This document shows, piece after piece, positions 1 through 9,343 of a stretch of 64,000 bases of DNA. The position numbers and the translations under genes are program-made. The notes beneath the pieces are model-generated. The model was not told the DNA's origin. It did no database searches and saw only the letters and a program-made list of their open reading frames with translations. The first letter of the stretch is position 1. Each line of letters begins with the position of its first letter. Source of the DNA: Bacillota bacterium (lineage in GTDB: Bacteria; Bacillota; Dethiobacteria; DTU022); contig DUVX01000096.1 in NCBI GenBank assembly GCA_012840855.1, positions 41 to 64,040 of the forward strand. Direction: 5' to 3'.

Positions 1-8
1 AGGGCCAT

Positions 9-80
9 CCCCGCTGTTTCATGCAACAAACAGGTACGTCCCCGCTGTTGCATGCAACAAACAGGTACGTCCCCGGTGTC
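9..80. repeat. 31-bp tandem direct repeat (ccccgctgtt[t/g]catgcaacaaacaggtacgt), 2 full copies and a partial third, abutting the serS stop codon; may extend beyond the window edge
   Basis: Copy 1 at 9-39 and copy 2 at 40-70 differ at one position. A degenerate partial copy lies at 71-80. No spacers, so it is not CRISPR-like. Confidence 0.8.
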
Positions 81-83
81 CCG

Positions 84-1361
84 TCAGGGGGCGGTGAGCC
101 GGTCGCGGCCGCCGAAGTAGGGGCGCAGCACCTCCGGCAGGATCACGCTGCCGTCTTCCTGCTGGTAGTTTTCCAGAATCGCGGCGACGGTGCGGCCGAT
201 GGCCACCCCGGAGCCGTTCAGGGTGTGCAGGAACTGCGCTTTTTGTCCCGGCGCGGGGCGGTAACGAATCCCGGCCCGGCGGGCCTGGAAATCAGTAAAG
301 TTGCTGCAGGAAGAGATCTCACGGTAGGTCCCGGCTGAGGGAAGCCAGACCTCAAGATCGTATTTTTTCGCTGCGGCGAAACCGAGGTCGCCGCTGCACA
401 TAAGCATGACCCGGTAGGGCAGCCCGAGCAACTGCAAGACCTTTTCGGCGTCGGCGGTGAGGCTTTCCAGCTCCTGCGAAGACTCTTCCGGCGCAACAAA
501 TTTGACCAGCTCGACCTTGTTAAACTGGTGCTGGCGAATGAGCCCCCGGGTGTCGCGGCCATGGGCTCCCGCTTCGGAGCGGAAGCAGGCGCTGTAGGCG
601 ACATAGCGCAGGGGCAGCTGCGCGGCGTCAAGAATCTCGTCCCGGTGCAGGTTAGTCACCGGCACCTCGGCGGTGGGGATCAGGTAGTAATCGGCTCCCT
701 CGATCTTGAAGGCATCCTCGGCAAATTTCGGCAGCTGGCCCGTGCCAGTCATGCTGCCCGAATTCACCAGAAAGGGCGGAAAGATCTCGCGGTAGCCGTG
801 CTCACCGGTGTGTAGGTCAAGCATGAAATTAATCAGGGCCCGCTCCAGTCTGGCGCCGTCACCGCAGTAGAGAGCGAAGCGGCTGCCGGCAATCTTCCCC
901 GCCCGGGGGAAATCGAGGATGCCCAGGGCCTCTCCTAGATCCCAATGGGGCTGCGGGGTAAAAGAAAATTCCGGTGGGGTCCCCCAGGCACGGATCTCCT
1001 TGTTGTCCGCTTCATCCTTTCCGGGGGGCACCGCCGGATCGGGTATATTCGGCAGGCGCAACGCAATCTCTTCCATCTCCTCATCGAAACGGCGCAGCCC
1101 GTCATCGAACTCCTTGATCCGGGTGGAGACCCGGCGCATCTCCTCTTTTTTTTGCTGCACCGCCGCCTGATCTGTCCCGGCACGCCCGATCTCCCTGGAG
1201 ACCCGGTTCCGTAACTGCTTCAGTTCTTCCGTCTTCTGCAGCAGTCTGCGCCGCTCCCGATCGAGCTCCAGGAGGCGGTCCAGATCGGCCGGTTCGCTCT
1301 TTAAAGCGATGGCCTCTTTCACTATTTGGGGATTTTCCCGAACAAATTTTAGATCTAACAT
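84..1361 (-). CDS. serS: Seryl-tRNA synthetase (class II)
   Basis: The 84..1517 ORF contains [11 protein letters not shown] at residue 53, preceded by a GGAGGTG RBS. The N-terminal coiled-coil arm and class II core are typical SerS, and the inferred length is about 426 aa. The start is placed at the internal Met. Confidence 0.9.
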   Translation of the reverse strand: MLDLKFVRENPQIVKEAIALKSEPADLDRLLELDRERRRLLQKTEELKQLRNRVSREIGRAGTDQAAVQQKKEEMRRVSTRIKEFDDGLRRFDEEMEEIALRLPNIPDPAVPPGKDEADNKEIRAWGTPPEFSFTPQPHWDLGEALGILDFPRAGKIAGSRFALYCGDGARLERALINFMLDLHTGEHGYREIFPPFLVNSGSMTGTGQLPKFAEDAFKIEGADYYLIPTAEVPVTNLHRDEILDAAQLPLRYVAYSACFRSEAGAHGRDTRGLIRQHQFNKVELVKFVAPEESSQELESLTADAEKVLQLLGLPYRVMLMCSGDLGFAAAKKYDLEVWLPSAGTYREISSCSNFTDFQARRAGIRYRPAPGQKAQFLHTLNGSGVAIGRTVAAILENYQQEDGSVILPEVLRPYFGGRDRLTAP

Positions 1362-1393
1362 GATGGCCCACCTCCGACTATTAGTCCCCTTGG

Positions 1394-3103
1394 TTACATC
1401 TCCCCGGGGGCGGCGATCCCCAGGAGCCCGAGACCGTTCTTGAGAACGCGGCGCACCGCAGCGATGAGGAGAAGCCGTGCCCGGCGGAGTTCCTGCTGAC
1501 CGACCAGCACAGGGCACTCGTGATAGAAACGGTTGAAATCGCGGGCTACATCGATAAGGTAGCGCGCCAGGATGGAGGGCCGGTAGCTGCCAGCCGCATC
1601 GCTGATCTTTTCCGGGAAGGCAGCCAGGGTCTTCACCAGCGCCCTCTCTTCAACCTGCCCGAGGTGCCCGCCCGCTCCCTCAAACCAGTCCGGTTCATCG
1701 AGCCCGGCCCGCCGCAGGATGCTGCAGATGCGGGCATGGGCGTACTGGATATAGGCCGCCGTCTCGCCGGAGAAGTCGAGAACCTTCTCCCAGTCAAATT
1801 CAATATCCTTGATCCGATCATTGCTCAGATCGCCGAAACGAACCGCACCTAGACCAACTGCCCTGGCGGCACTTTCTTTATTGGCCAGGGTGGGGTTCTT
1901 CTCCTCGATGATCTCCCGGGCCAGGTTTATGGCGCGCTGGAGCACATCGGCCAGCAGGATCATCTTCCCTTTACGGGTCGACATCCGCCCCTCCTTGAAC
2001 CGGATCAGGCCGAAGGGGACATGAATACACTCCTTAGCCCAGGAGAGGCCGAGAAGCTCAAGCACTTTGACCATCTGCTGAAAATGCAGCGTCTGCTCGG
2101 CGCCGACGACGTAGAGCGCCCGGGTAAAATTGAAGGTGCGCTTGCGGTAGAGCGCCGCCGCCAGGTCCCTGGTCAGGTAGAGGGTGGCCCCATCTTTTTT
2201 GCGCAGCATCGCTGGGGGAAGTCCATATTTTTCGAGGTCGACGATGAGGGCGCCCTCGCTCTCCTGAGCGATCCCCTTTTCCTGTACGAACCTAATCGTA
2301 TCATCGAGCATATCGTTGTAGTGGCTCTCGCCGTGATGATAACTGAACCTGATCCCCAACAGATCGTAGACCTGCTCATAGTTTTCCAGGCTGAGCCGGC
2401 GGAAGAGCTCCCAGTAAGTCACCGCTTCCGCCTCGCCTTTTTCGAGGCGCTTGAACCATAGGCGAGCTTCTTCCTCGAGTGCGGGATCGGCTTCGGCCTC
2501 CTGGTGAAAGCGCACGTAAAGGTAATAAAGGTAGTTAACCGGATCCTGTTTCAGCTTTTGATCATCACCCCAGCGTTTGTAGGCCACGATCATCTTCCCA
2601 AACTGGGTCCCCCAGTCGCCGAGGTGGTTGATCCCGATACAGCGGCAGCCCTGCGATTCCAGGATCAAGGAGAGGGCATGTCCGATTACGGTGGAGCGGA
2701 TATGGCCGATCCCGAAGGGCTTACAGATATTGGGGGAGGAGTAGTCGATAACAATCACTTCCCCGCGGCCCCGATCGCTCTTCCCATAATCGGGCCCGCC
2801 AGCGAGAACTCTTTTCAGGATATCATCACTGAAAACCGGGTAATCCAGATAAAAGTTGAGGTAGGGCCCCCGGGGCGCTGCTTTCTCCCAGAAAACACCC
2901 CGCTCTCCGGAAAGGGAGCGGCCCAGCGCTGCGGCGATGGCTGCCGGAGACTGTTTTTGCCGGGCGGCCAGGGTAAAACAGGGAAAGGCCAGATCGCCCA
3001 TCGCCGGCTCCGGGGGCTCCTCCAGAAGCTCCACTACCCGGGGTACGGCAAGCTCAACGAGCGGGGCCAGAGCCCGACCGATCTCTTTTTTGTAATGATC
3101 CAT
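1394..3103 (-). CDS. argS: Arginyl-tRNA synthetase
   Basis: 569 aa. Class I HIGH motif ([14 protein letters not shown]) and KMSKS-like MSTRKG motif. There are 32 nt between argS stop and serS start, so the two are probably co-transcribed. Confidence 0.9.
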   Translation of the reverse strand: MDHYKKEIGRALAPLVELAVPRVVELLEEPPEPAMGDLAFPCFTLAARQKQSPAAIAAALGRSLSGERGVFWEKAAPRGPYLNFYLDYPVFSDDILKRVLAGGPDYGKSDRGRGEVIVIDYSSPNICKPFGIGHIRSTVIGHALSLILESQGCRCIGINHLGDWGTQFGKMIVAYKRWGDDQKLKQDPVNYLYYLYVRFHQEAEADPALEEEARLWFKRLEKGEAEAVTYWELFRRLSLENYEQVYDLLGIRFSYHHGESHYNDMLDDTIRFVQEKGIAQESEGALIVDLEKYGLPPAMLRKKDGATLYLTRDLAAALYRKRTFNFTRALYVVGAEQTLHFQQMVKVLELLGLSWAKECIHVPFGLIRFKEGRMSTRKGKMILLADVLQRAINLAREIIEEKNPTLANKESAARAVGLGAVRFGDLSNDRIKDIEFDWEKVLDFSGETAAYIQYAHARICSILRRAGLDEPDWFEGAGGHLGQVEERALVKTLAAFPEKISDAAGSYRPSILARYLIDVARDFNRFYHECPVLVGQQELRRARLLLIAAVRRVLKNGLGLLGIAAPGEM

Positions 3104-3159
3104 CCTGGAAACCTCGTTTCTTATTTGATCTTATCTTAGCCCAAAAGAGGCAAAATGAC

Positions 3160-3192
3160 AACGCAAATTCCCTAATAAGGGATTGCGTCCTT
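3160..3192 (-). terminator. Putative intrinsic terminator hairpin (ACGCAA-AT-TCCC/GGGA-TTGCGT) downstream of the LpqB-like gene
   Basis: Imperfect 10-bp stem with a TAATAA loop at 3163-3190. On the minus strand it is followed by a T-rich stretch (GTCATTTTGCCTCTTTTGG). It sits between the TCS/LpqB-like operon and the argS promoter region. Confidence 0.4.
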
Positions 3193-3213
3193 TAATTTGA
3201 AATACAGAGCCCT

Positions 3214-5262
3214 TTAAAATTCGGGATTGATATAGTAAGACTGATAGAATGCGCGATTGAGAGCGGGATAATCGGGCGGTGGAGACCAGCTTTCTCCTTC
3301 GATATAGACTTCAACGCCGGTGCAGCCGCTGTTTTCCAGGGCTGTCAAGAAGAGGGCGTCGAGGATCATCGCCGCCTGTAGCTGATCTTCGGTGTTGCCG
3401 TCTTCGGGGAACAGCATCTCAAAAGAACGATTCAAATTGATCCTCACTGTTTCGCCCCTTTCGGCGACCTCGATAAGGGTGAGATTGCCGGGAACAAAAT
3501 AGAGCGAGCGGCACTGCTTCGTCACCGTCTGCAGCAAGCTGAACAGGTCACGCTCCTTAATCTTCAGATCTCGCGCCTCCACAGGCACAAGGTAATAGCG
3601 CGCCTCGATATGCATGGGGATAAAAAGAGGCTCCTTCCAGCGGTAAGGTTTAAGCGGCTGCTTTAAAGGGCGTCCCTTCTCCCCCAGCTCTAACGGCTCC
3701 TCATCTACGGTCAGATATATATCGCGCACCTCCGAAAAACCGCCCAGGGTATAGCGCAGCGAATCGAGCACACCGGGGATCTGGGCCAGTTCATCAGCAT
3801 CGCCGCTTTCCGGCGAAAGCTCGAGATAAAGCTCTCCGCTGTCGCCGCTGAAGAGAACCTTGATTTCACTCCCCTTCGGTATTGTCCTGCAGAGCGAGCT
3901 TTCGCGGGAGGGGCCCCGGATCAACTCTTCGATGGAGGCGTCAAGGGGGGATTTCGTCCTGCTGATCAACCGGGTTATGGGGATATAGCTGCCGCTGGAG
4001 AAAAAATAGAGAGTAATCGCCGCCTGATCGGTTTCCAGCCCCACGCGCACAGGGCTGTAAAAAGGAACCGCCGCCGCATTCTCCCCATTCTCCTGATCGG
4101 GTGTGCTCTCCAGATCGACAACATCGATATAGCTGTCCTCACCCGCCAGAACAATGTAGCGGCGGTTGCCGGTAATGAGCATCTTTTCGACCCGCATCCC
4201 TACTTCCCAATGGGAAAGCTCGGCACCGCTTTCATCGTAAAGCACGATCTGGCTGAAATCCTCTTTGTACTGGCGCCAGGAGCAGGTGATAATCCGTGCG
4301 CCGTCGACGGTAAAGGAGGCCAGCGCTCCTTCCGCAATTTTTTTCTTCCAGATCGGGGCGCCGCTGGAATCATAATAGTAGAGGTTCTCTTCGGCCCCGC
4401 TGTTGCTGCCGTAGACGAGCAGGCTGTTTTCCTGGGGATTGAAACTTGCCGAGGAGACCTTGAGTCCGTCGGGGAGGGGTTTTTCCCAGATCAGCTCGCC
4501 TGAATCGCTGTATACCCCCAGCTCTCCCGATTCTGTGGCCAGGGCCAGTCTGCTTTCTGTCCGGGATACCGCAAGCAGTGAGCTGCCCTTGATTGCCCAC
4601 AGCTCCTTTCCCGCCAGCGTAACCGCCTCCGTCTGGAAGCTGTCTCCTTTCCGGTGCGTGTAAAAGATCTTTCCCTCACCCGGCTCCTCACCTGCAAGGT
4701 AGATCTTCTGCAGAGGGCCGGTGGAGAGAGTCCACTGTTGTGATCCCTCACGGCTGTAAAGCTCGAGATGATGCTCTTTCTTTTCCGGATCGCCCCTGCC
4801 GGCAAGAACCCACCTGCCGTTGGCGGAGAGCTCAACGAGATTGACCGGCTCGCTTAGCCCCTCCTGCCACCAGCTCTGCGAGGCGATGGACATAAAAAAG
4901 AGCTCGCCCCCCTCCGTTCCCACGGCCAGATAGTTTCCGCAGGATGAGATCTGGGTCTGCAGGGGATTTGTGGAGAAATCCTTTTCCCAGAGAAGCTGCC
5001 GCTCCCGGCTCAGCAGGCTCACTTTCTTGGAGTCGCTGCCGAAGATGATCCCGGTAGCATTACGATCAACACTTACGTCAAAGAGGTCGGCACGGGTGAA
5101 CCAGAGCTCGAAAAGATCACCTTCGTGGTCATCGACGGGCGGCTCGATCGGTTTTCCTCCCTTTAACATGGACAGGCTGCGCAAACCATAAGTCACCGCT
5201 CCGGCCGCCAGAAGCATAACCGCAAAGACGATTAAAAAATAATAGGGTTGTATCTTTTTCAT
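3214..5262 (-). CDS. Membrane-anchored beta-propeller plus tandem GerMN-domain protein (LpqB-like architecture)
   Basis: 682 aa. Single N-terminal TM helix (YYFLIVFAVMLLAAGAV). The central region has repeated blade-like segments (LLWEKDF, ELWAIKG, ELIWEKPLPDG, APIWKKKIAEGA). Two C-terminal GerMN-like segments (ITLYFFSSGSYIPITRL... and YYLVPVEARDL...LYFVPGNLTLIEV...). It lies immediately downstream of an OmpR-type response regulator and a histidine kinase. Confidence 0.6.
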   Translation of the reverse strand: MKKIQPYYFLIVFAVMLLAAGAVTYGLRSLSMLKGGKPIEPPVDDHEGDLFELWFTRADLFDVSVDRNATGIIFGSDSKKVSLLSRERQLLWEKDFSTNPLQTQISSCGNYLAVGTEGGELFFMSIASQSWWQEGLSEPVNLVELSANGRWVLAGRGDPEKKEHHLELYSREGSQQWTLSTGPLQKIYLAGEEPGEGKIFYTHRKGDSFQTEAVTLAGKELWAIKGSSLLAVSRTESRLALATESGELGVYSDSGELIWEKPLPDGLKVSSASFNPQENSLLVYGSNSGAEENLYYYDSSGAPIWKKKIAEGALASFTVDGARIITCSWRQYKEDFSQIVLYDESGAELSHWEVGMRVEKMLITGNRRYIVLAGEDSYIDVVDLESTPDQENGENAAAVPFYSPVRVGLETDQAAITLYFFSSGSYIPITRLISRTKSPLDASIEELIRGPSRESSLCRTIPKGSEIKVLFSGDSGELYLELSPESGDADELAQIPGVLDSLRYTLGGFSEVRDIYLTVDEEPLELGEKGRPLKQPLKPYRWKEPLFIPMHIEARYYLVPVEARDLKIKERDLFSLLQTVTKQCRSLYFVPGNLTLIEVAERGETVRINLNRSFEMLFPEDGNTEDQLQAAMILDALFLTALENSGCTGVEVYIEGESWSPPPDYPALNRAFYQSYYINPEF

Positions 5263-5330
5263 ATGCTGAGCACCCTCGCTTACCAGATCAATACTTAACT
5301 AAAATGGGGTTACTTCCTGCTTAATTATGA

Positions 5331-6755
5331 TTAATTATCGTTAACACTTTCGGCAAGCAGCGGCAAATTAACATAAAAGGTGCTCCCCTTCCCCTCCTCG
5401 CTCTCGGCCCAAACCCTGCCCCCATGGGCCTCCACCGTTTCCTTTACAATAGCCAGGCCCAGGCCGGTTCCCCCCTCTTCCCGGGAGCGGGCCTGGTCGA
5501 TTCGGTAAAAACGTTCAAATATAAAGGGTAGATCTTTTTCTGGAATTCCACAGCCGGTATCCTCAATTTTAATGGACGCCGCCGTCTCCTCCGCCCCGAG
5601 CGATATTTTCACCCAGCCCCCGGATGCTGTGGACTTCAGGGCGTTGTCCAGAAGGTTTTGAAATACCTGCCGCAACTGGAGCGCGGCTCCGGAGACGAGC
5701 ACCCTTTTGACGGGTAGATCGGTGAGGAGGCGCACTTCCTGATGGTCAAAACGGGGCGCCGCCTGCTGATAGAGTTTCCCGATTACCTCACGCAGATCGA
5801 CGGGCGCAAATCTTGCCGCGCCGCCCTCCAGAGTAGTCAGATCGAGAAGGTCCTGAACAAGAGCGATAAGGCGATCCATCTCACGATCGAGATCGTCAAT
5901 AAATTCCTGCTGCTGCTCCGGTTCCATCTGGTAATTTTTAAGTGATTTTATGATCAGGCTGAGCGAAGCAAGAGGAGTGCGCACCTCGTGGGCCACATTG
6001 GCCACAAAGTTGCGCAAATTTTTTGTATGGTAGTTCAGCTGCTCAGCCATATAATTGAAGCGCTGGGCCAATCGGCCGATCTCGTCCGCTGATTGCACCT
6101 CGATCTTCTGATCGAGCCGCCCCTCGGCCATGCTTCCGGCCGCCTCGCTTAAGAGCTCCAGAGGGCCGCTGAAGCGGCGGGCCAGGATGACCGCACCCAC
6201 GCCGGCTACGATAGCTGCAAGTAGGGTTGTTAGGAGAAAAAAACGCCGCGTATCGGCCATGATCTTGCCGATCTCCTGCAAGGATGCCGAGAGGAAGACC
6301 GCCCCCACCGTTTCATTATCCGCGTAGATCGGCAGCGCCACCTGCATCACTTTTTGCCTGGACAGCTCGCTGTACTGGATGGCAAAGCCGCTTTCGCCAG
6401 CCAGGGCATCCTTGATCTCCTCACGATCGAGAAGCTGCCCCAGCAGCCCCCCCACCCGCACGGAGTCGCCCAGGACGACCATCTTTTCATTCACAAAAAT
6501 AACCCGGGCCCGGGATTGGCGCCCGAAATTTTCAGCCAGCCAGCTCAGCCGGACCGGGTCTGCCTCCTCCTGCAGATAGGCGGAGACGAACTGCCCGGCC
6601 AGGTTTCCCGAGCGCAGCAGGTTTTCTTCCAGAGATTTAATGTAGTAGCGCTCCAACAGCTGATCGAGAAAGAGCCCGACGATGAGCATCACTGCGATAA
6701 TGGTCAACAAAAAGGTGACGGCAAGGCGGGAGCGGATGCTCCTGAACCTGAACAT
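5331..6755 (-). CDS. Sensor histidine kinase (MtrB-like: two TM helices, extracytoplasmic loop, HAMP, HisKA, HATPase; no PAS)
   Basis: 474 aa. H-box HEVRTPL. G-boxes DTGCGIP and GGTGLGL. A roughly 150-aa loop lies between the two TM segments. The start overlaps the response-regulator stop (ATGA coupling). Confidence 0.85.
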   Translation of the reverse strand: MFRFRSIRSRLAVTFLLTIIAVMLIVGLFLDQLLERYYIKSLEENLLRSGNLAGQFVSAYLQEEADPVRLSWLAENFGRQSRARVIFVNEKMVVLGDSVRVGGLLGQLLDREEIKDALAGESGFAIQYSELSRQKVMQVALPIYADNETVGAVFLSASLQEIGKIMADTRRFFLLTTLLAAIVAGVGAVILARRFSGPLELLSEAAGSMAEGRLDQKIEVQSADEIGRLAQRFNYMAEQLNYHTKNLRNFVANVAHEVRTPLASLSLIIKSLKNYQMEPEQQQEFIDDLDREMDRLIALVQDLLDLTTLEGGAARFAPVDLREVIGKLYQQAAPRFDHQEVRLLTDLPVKRVLVSGAALQLRQVFQNLLDNALKSTASGGWVKISLGAEETAASIKIEDTGCGIPEKDLPFIFERFYRIDQARSREEGGTGLGLAIVKETVEAHGGRVWAESEEGKGSTFYVNLPLLAESVNDN

Positions 6756-7450
6756 TAAGGCTCCTCCCTGAACTTATAACCCGTGCCCCACACGGTGAGG
6801 ATCAGCCGGGGGGTGCCGGGATCCTTCTCTATTTTTTCCCGCAGATGACGGATATGCACGTCCACGGTGCGGGCATCGCCAAAGTAGTCATACCCCCAGA
6901 TCTGCGCCAGAAGCTGATCCCGGGAGTAAACCCGACCGGCGTTGGAGGCCAGCAGGCTGAGAAGCGCGAACTCCTTTGCCGTCAGATCGATCTCCCGCCC
7001 CTTTAAACGGACCCGGTGCTGCAACAGGTCGATCGACAGCGGGCCGGCCTGGATCTGTTTGCGCAGCTCGGCACTCCCGGCGCTGCTGCGCCTCAAGATC
7101 GCTTTTATCCGGGCCACCAGCTCTCTCGGATTGAAGGGTTTGGTCATATAATCATCGGCCCCCAGCTCCAGGCCGAGCACCTTATCAATATCCTCGCCCT
7201 TTGCCGTGAGCATAATGATGGGGATCTCCTTTTTTTTGCGGATCTCACGGCAAACCTCGAAGCCGTCCAGGCCGGGAAGCATGAGGTCGAGGATAATAAT
7301 ATCAGGATTCACCTCGAAGGCTTTTTTGAGCGCTTCCTCGCCGTCAAAGGCCTCTTCTACCTGAAACCCCTCTTTTTCGAGATTGAACTTTAACGCCTTC
7401 ACCAGGGTTTTTTCGTCGTCTACGAGAAGAATTTTTGTTTTACCGGACAT
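6755..7450 (-). CDS. OmpR-family response regulator (WalR/MtrA-like)
   Basis: 231 aa. The receiver has DDE and ILDLMLPGLDG. The winged-helix has WGYDYFGDARTVDVHIRHLREKIE. It is very similar to the second WalR-like regulator at 47304. Confidence 0.9.
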   Translation of the reverse strand: MSGKTKILLVDDEKTLVKALKFNLEKEGFQVEEAFDGEEALKKAFEVNPDIIILDLMLPGLDGFEVCREIRKKKEIPIIMLTAKGEDIDKVLGLELGADDYMTKPFNPRELVARIKAILRRSSAGSAELRKQIQAGPLSIDLLQHRVRLKGREIDLTAKEFALLSLLASNAGRVYSRDQLLAQIWGYDYFGDARTVDVHIRHLREKIEKDPGTPRLILTVWGTGYKFREEP

Positions 7451-7456
7451 GACCGT

Positions 7457-8104
7457 CTAACCTCCGCTGGTAAGCTGCTGATAGGAAAGGGCTATCTCTT
7501 TAAAGTCTTCCCAAACGGGCCGTTTCTTGCTGCTGTCGCGCAGCAGCGCCGCGGGATGGAAGGTGGGCATATAACGGCGCCCCTCAATCTCGTACCACCG
7601 GCCCCGCAGGCGGGTCAGCGTATTTTTACTGTCGATCAAAATCCGCGTTGCCAGAGCGCCCAGGCAGATTATCATAGGCGGATCGATGAGGCGGATCTGT
7701 TCCCTCAGGTGGGGCAGGCAGGCAGCTACCTCGGCGGCATCGGGGAGCCGGTTGCGCGGGGGGCGGCATTTGACCACATTGGTGATATAGAGCTCCTCGC
7801 GGTTCAACCCCGCCGCTTCCAGAATCCGGCTCAGAAGCTTCCCCGCCGCGCCGACGAAAGGGATCCCCAGACGATCCTCATCGGCGCCGGGGCCCTCGCC
7901 CACGAGCATCAACCTGGCGCGGGGGTGGCCGCCCCCGAAGACAACCTGTTGGCAGCCCCCCCGGAGGGTGCAGCGATTGCAGGCCCGGCAGTTTTCTTCC
8001 AGGGTCGCCAGCCGGGCCTCCGCGGTCCGGGCCTGCTGCGGATCATCCTTCTCTTTCAGGTAATCAAGTAGCGAACGCTGCTGGTTTTTCTCCAAAGCCT
8101 TCAC
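7457..8104 (-). CDS. Uracil-DNA glycosylase, family 4 (Fe-S, thermostable type)
   Basis: 215 aa. Motifs CNRCTLRGGCQQVVFGGG, GEGPGADED and VKCRPP. It ends 6 nt upstream of the response-regulator start on the same strand. Confidence 0.8.
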   Translation of the reverse strand: MKALEKNQQRSLLDYLKEKDDPQQARTAEARLATLEENCRACNRCTLRGGCQQVVFGGGHPRARLMLVGEGPGADEDRLGIPFVGAAGKLLSRILEAAGLNREELYITNVVKCRPPRNRLPDAAEVAACLPHLREQIRLIDPPMIICLGALATRILIDSKNTLTRLRGRWYEIEGRRYMPTFHPAALLRDSSKKRPVWEDFKEIALSYQQLTSGG

Positions 8105-8132
8105 CCCGCTAATCTATTCCACAGCCGCACTC

Positions 8133-9311
8133 CTACTTCCTTCCTCCGGCGGCCGGCCTCAAGCCTGTCCGGATCGCCTCTTTGCCCGCAGCCACTGCAC
8201 GGCCCCGCTCTACCGGGTAACCGAGCGTCTGCAGTGAAAGCTCCAGAGCTTCGATGCCGGCCAGTAGAGCAGATTCTGTCACCGCCCCCAGGTGGCCGAA
8301 GCGAAAGATCTGGCCCTCCAGCTCCCCCTGCCCCCCGGCGATCTCCACTCCGAAACGACGCCTCATCTCCTCGCGCAGCTGATCCACCTTTATCGAGGCG
8401 GGCGCCCTCAGCGCAGTGACAGTGGGCGAGGCCTGCTGCAAATCTTTCACCAGCGGCTCCAGCCCCAGGGCTCCCGCCGCCGCGCGGACGGCGGCTGCCA
8501 TACGCCGGTGTCGAGCATAGCAATTTTGTCGCCCCTCGGCAAAATAGAGCTGCAGCCCCTCGCGCAGAGCCACACAGAGGGAGAGGGCAGGGGTGAAAGG
8601 CGTTTGCCCCTTTTCTAAATATTCCTGGGCTTTGCGCAGATCGAAATAGTATCTGGGCATCTTTGCTTCTGCTGCCGCCAGCCAGGCTTTTTCACTGACG
8701 CCGATAAAGGAAAGCCCCGGCGGAAGCAGCAGCGCTTTCTGCGATCCCGTCACACAGACATCGATCCCCCAACGATCCACCGGCAGATCTACCGCACCCA
8801 TGGAGCTGACCGTATCGACAATGAGCAGTGCGGGGTGATCGCCGCAAACCCGGCTGATCCGCTCCAGATCGTTGAGCATGCCCGTGGAGGATTCGTTATG
8901 CACCACCGTAATCGCCCGGAGGGTATGCTCTACATCCTCCCGCAACTTTGTCTCGAGGGCCTCGTAGTCGAGGGGCTGTCCCCAGGGTGTCTCGAGGCGC
9001 TCTACTGCGGCGCCATAGACACCGGCGATGGTAGCGAAGCGATCGCCGAATGAACCGTTCACCAAGGAGAGAACCCTCTCTCCCGGCGAAAGGAAGTTAA
9101 CAATTGCCGCCTCCATGGCCCCCGTTCCGGAGGATGTCAGGATATAAAGGCGGCCCCGGGTTTGGAAAACCTCCTTCAGCGCAGCGGTGGATTCTTCGAT
9201 AATTTTTTTGAAGCGGGGACCGCGGTGGTTGAACATCTCCGAGGACATGGCCCGGGCCACCGCATCCGGTACCGGGGCCGGACCGGGAATGAGCAGGTTG
9301 TTTTCTTTCAT
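8133..9311 (-). CDS. Class V aminotransferase (serine-pyruvate / alanine-glyoxylate aminotransferase family)
   Basis: 392 aa with a PLP-dependent class V fold (LIPGPAPVPDAV..., SSTGMLNDL, TGSQKAL lysine region). The substrate cannot be decided from sequence alone. Confidence 0.7.
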   Translation of the reverse strand: MKENNLLIPGPAPVPDAVARAMSSEMFNHRGPRFKKIIEESTAALKEVFQTRGRLYILTSSGTGAMEAAIVNFLSPGERVLSLVNGSFGDRFATIAGVYGAAVERLETPWGQPLDYEALETKLREDVEHTLRAITVVHNESSTGMLNDLERISRVCGDHPALLIVDTVSSMGAVDLPVDRWGIDVCVTGSQKALLLPPGLSFIGVSEKAWLAAAEAKMPRYYFDLRKAQEYLEKGQTPFTPALSLCVALREGLQLYFAEGRQNCYARHRRMAAAVRAAAGALGLEPLVKDLQQASPTVTALRAPASIKVDQLREEMRRRFGVEIAGGQGELEGQIFRFGHLGAVTESALLAGIEALELSLQTLGYPVERGRAVAAGKEAIRTGLRPAAGGRK

Positions 9312-9343
9312 TTTTAGTACACCTCTTTGTATAAAGATTAATT

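Noticed and set aside
9-80. Possible CRISPR array at the window start
   Set aside because: The repeats are directly tandem with no intervening unique spacers, so this is a tandem repeat and not a CRISPR array.
218-631. 137-aa ORF on the minus strand, plus the 21..338 and 528..815 plus-strand ORFs inside serS
   Set aside because: They lie wholly within or antisense to the well-supported serS frame. They are Pro/Arg/Ser-rich and low-complexity, as expected for out-of-frame translation of high-GC DNA.
3104-3213. T-box leader upstream of argS
   Set aside because: Only about 110 nt are available between argS and the upstream gene, which is too short for a T-box riboswitch. No T-box consensus (AATTAGGGTGGNACCGCG) is visible. 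The space is better explained by a terminator hairpin plus promoter.
8101-8523. 140-aa minus-strand ORF (Gly/Arg/Ala-rich) overlapping the class V aminotransferase
   Set aside because: An alternative frame of a strongly supported gene, with a low-complexity GC-frame artefact signature.
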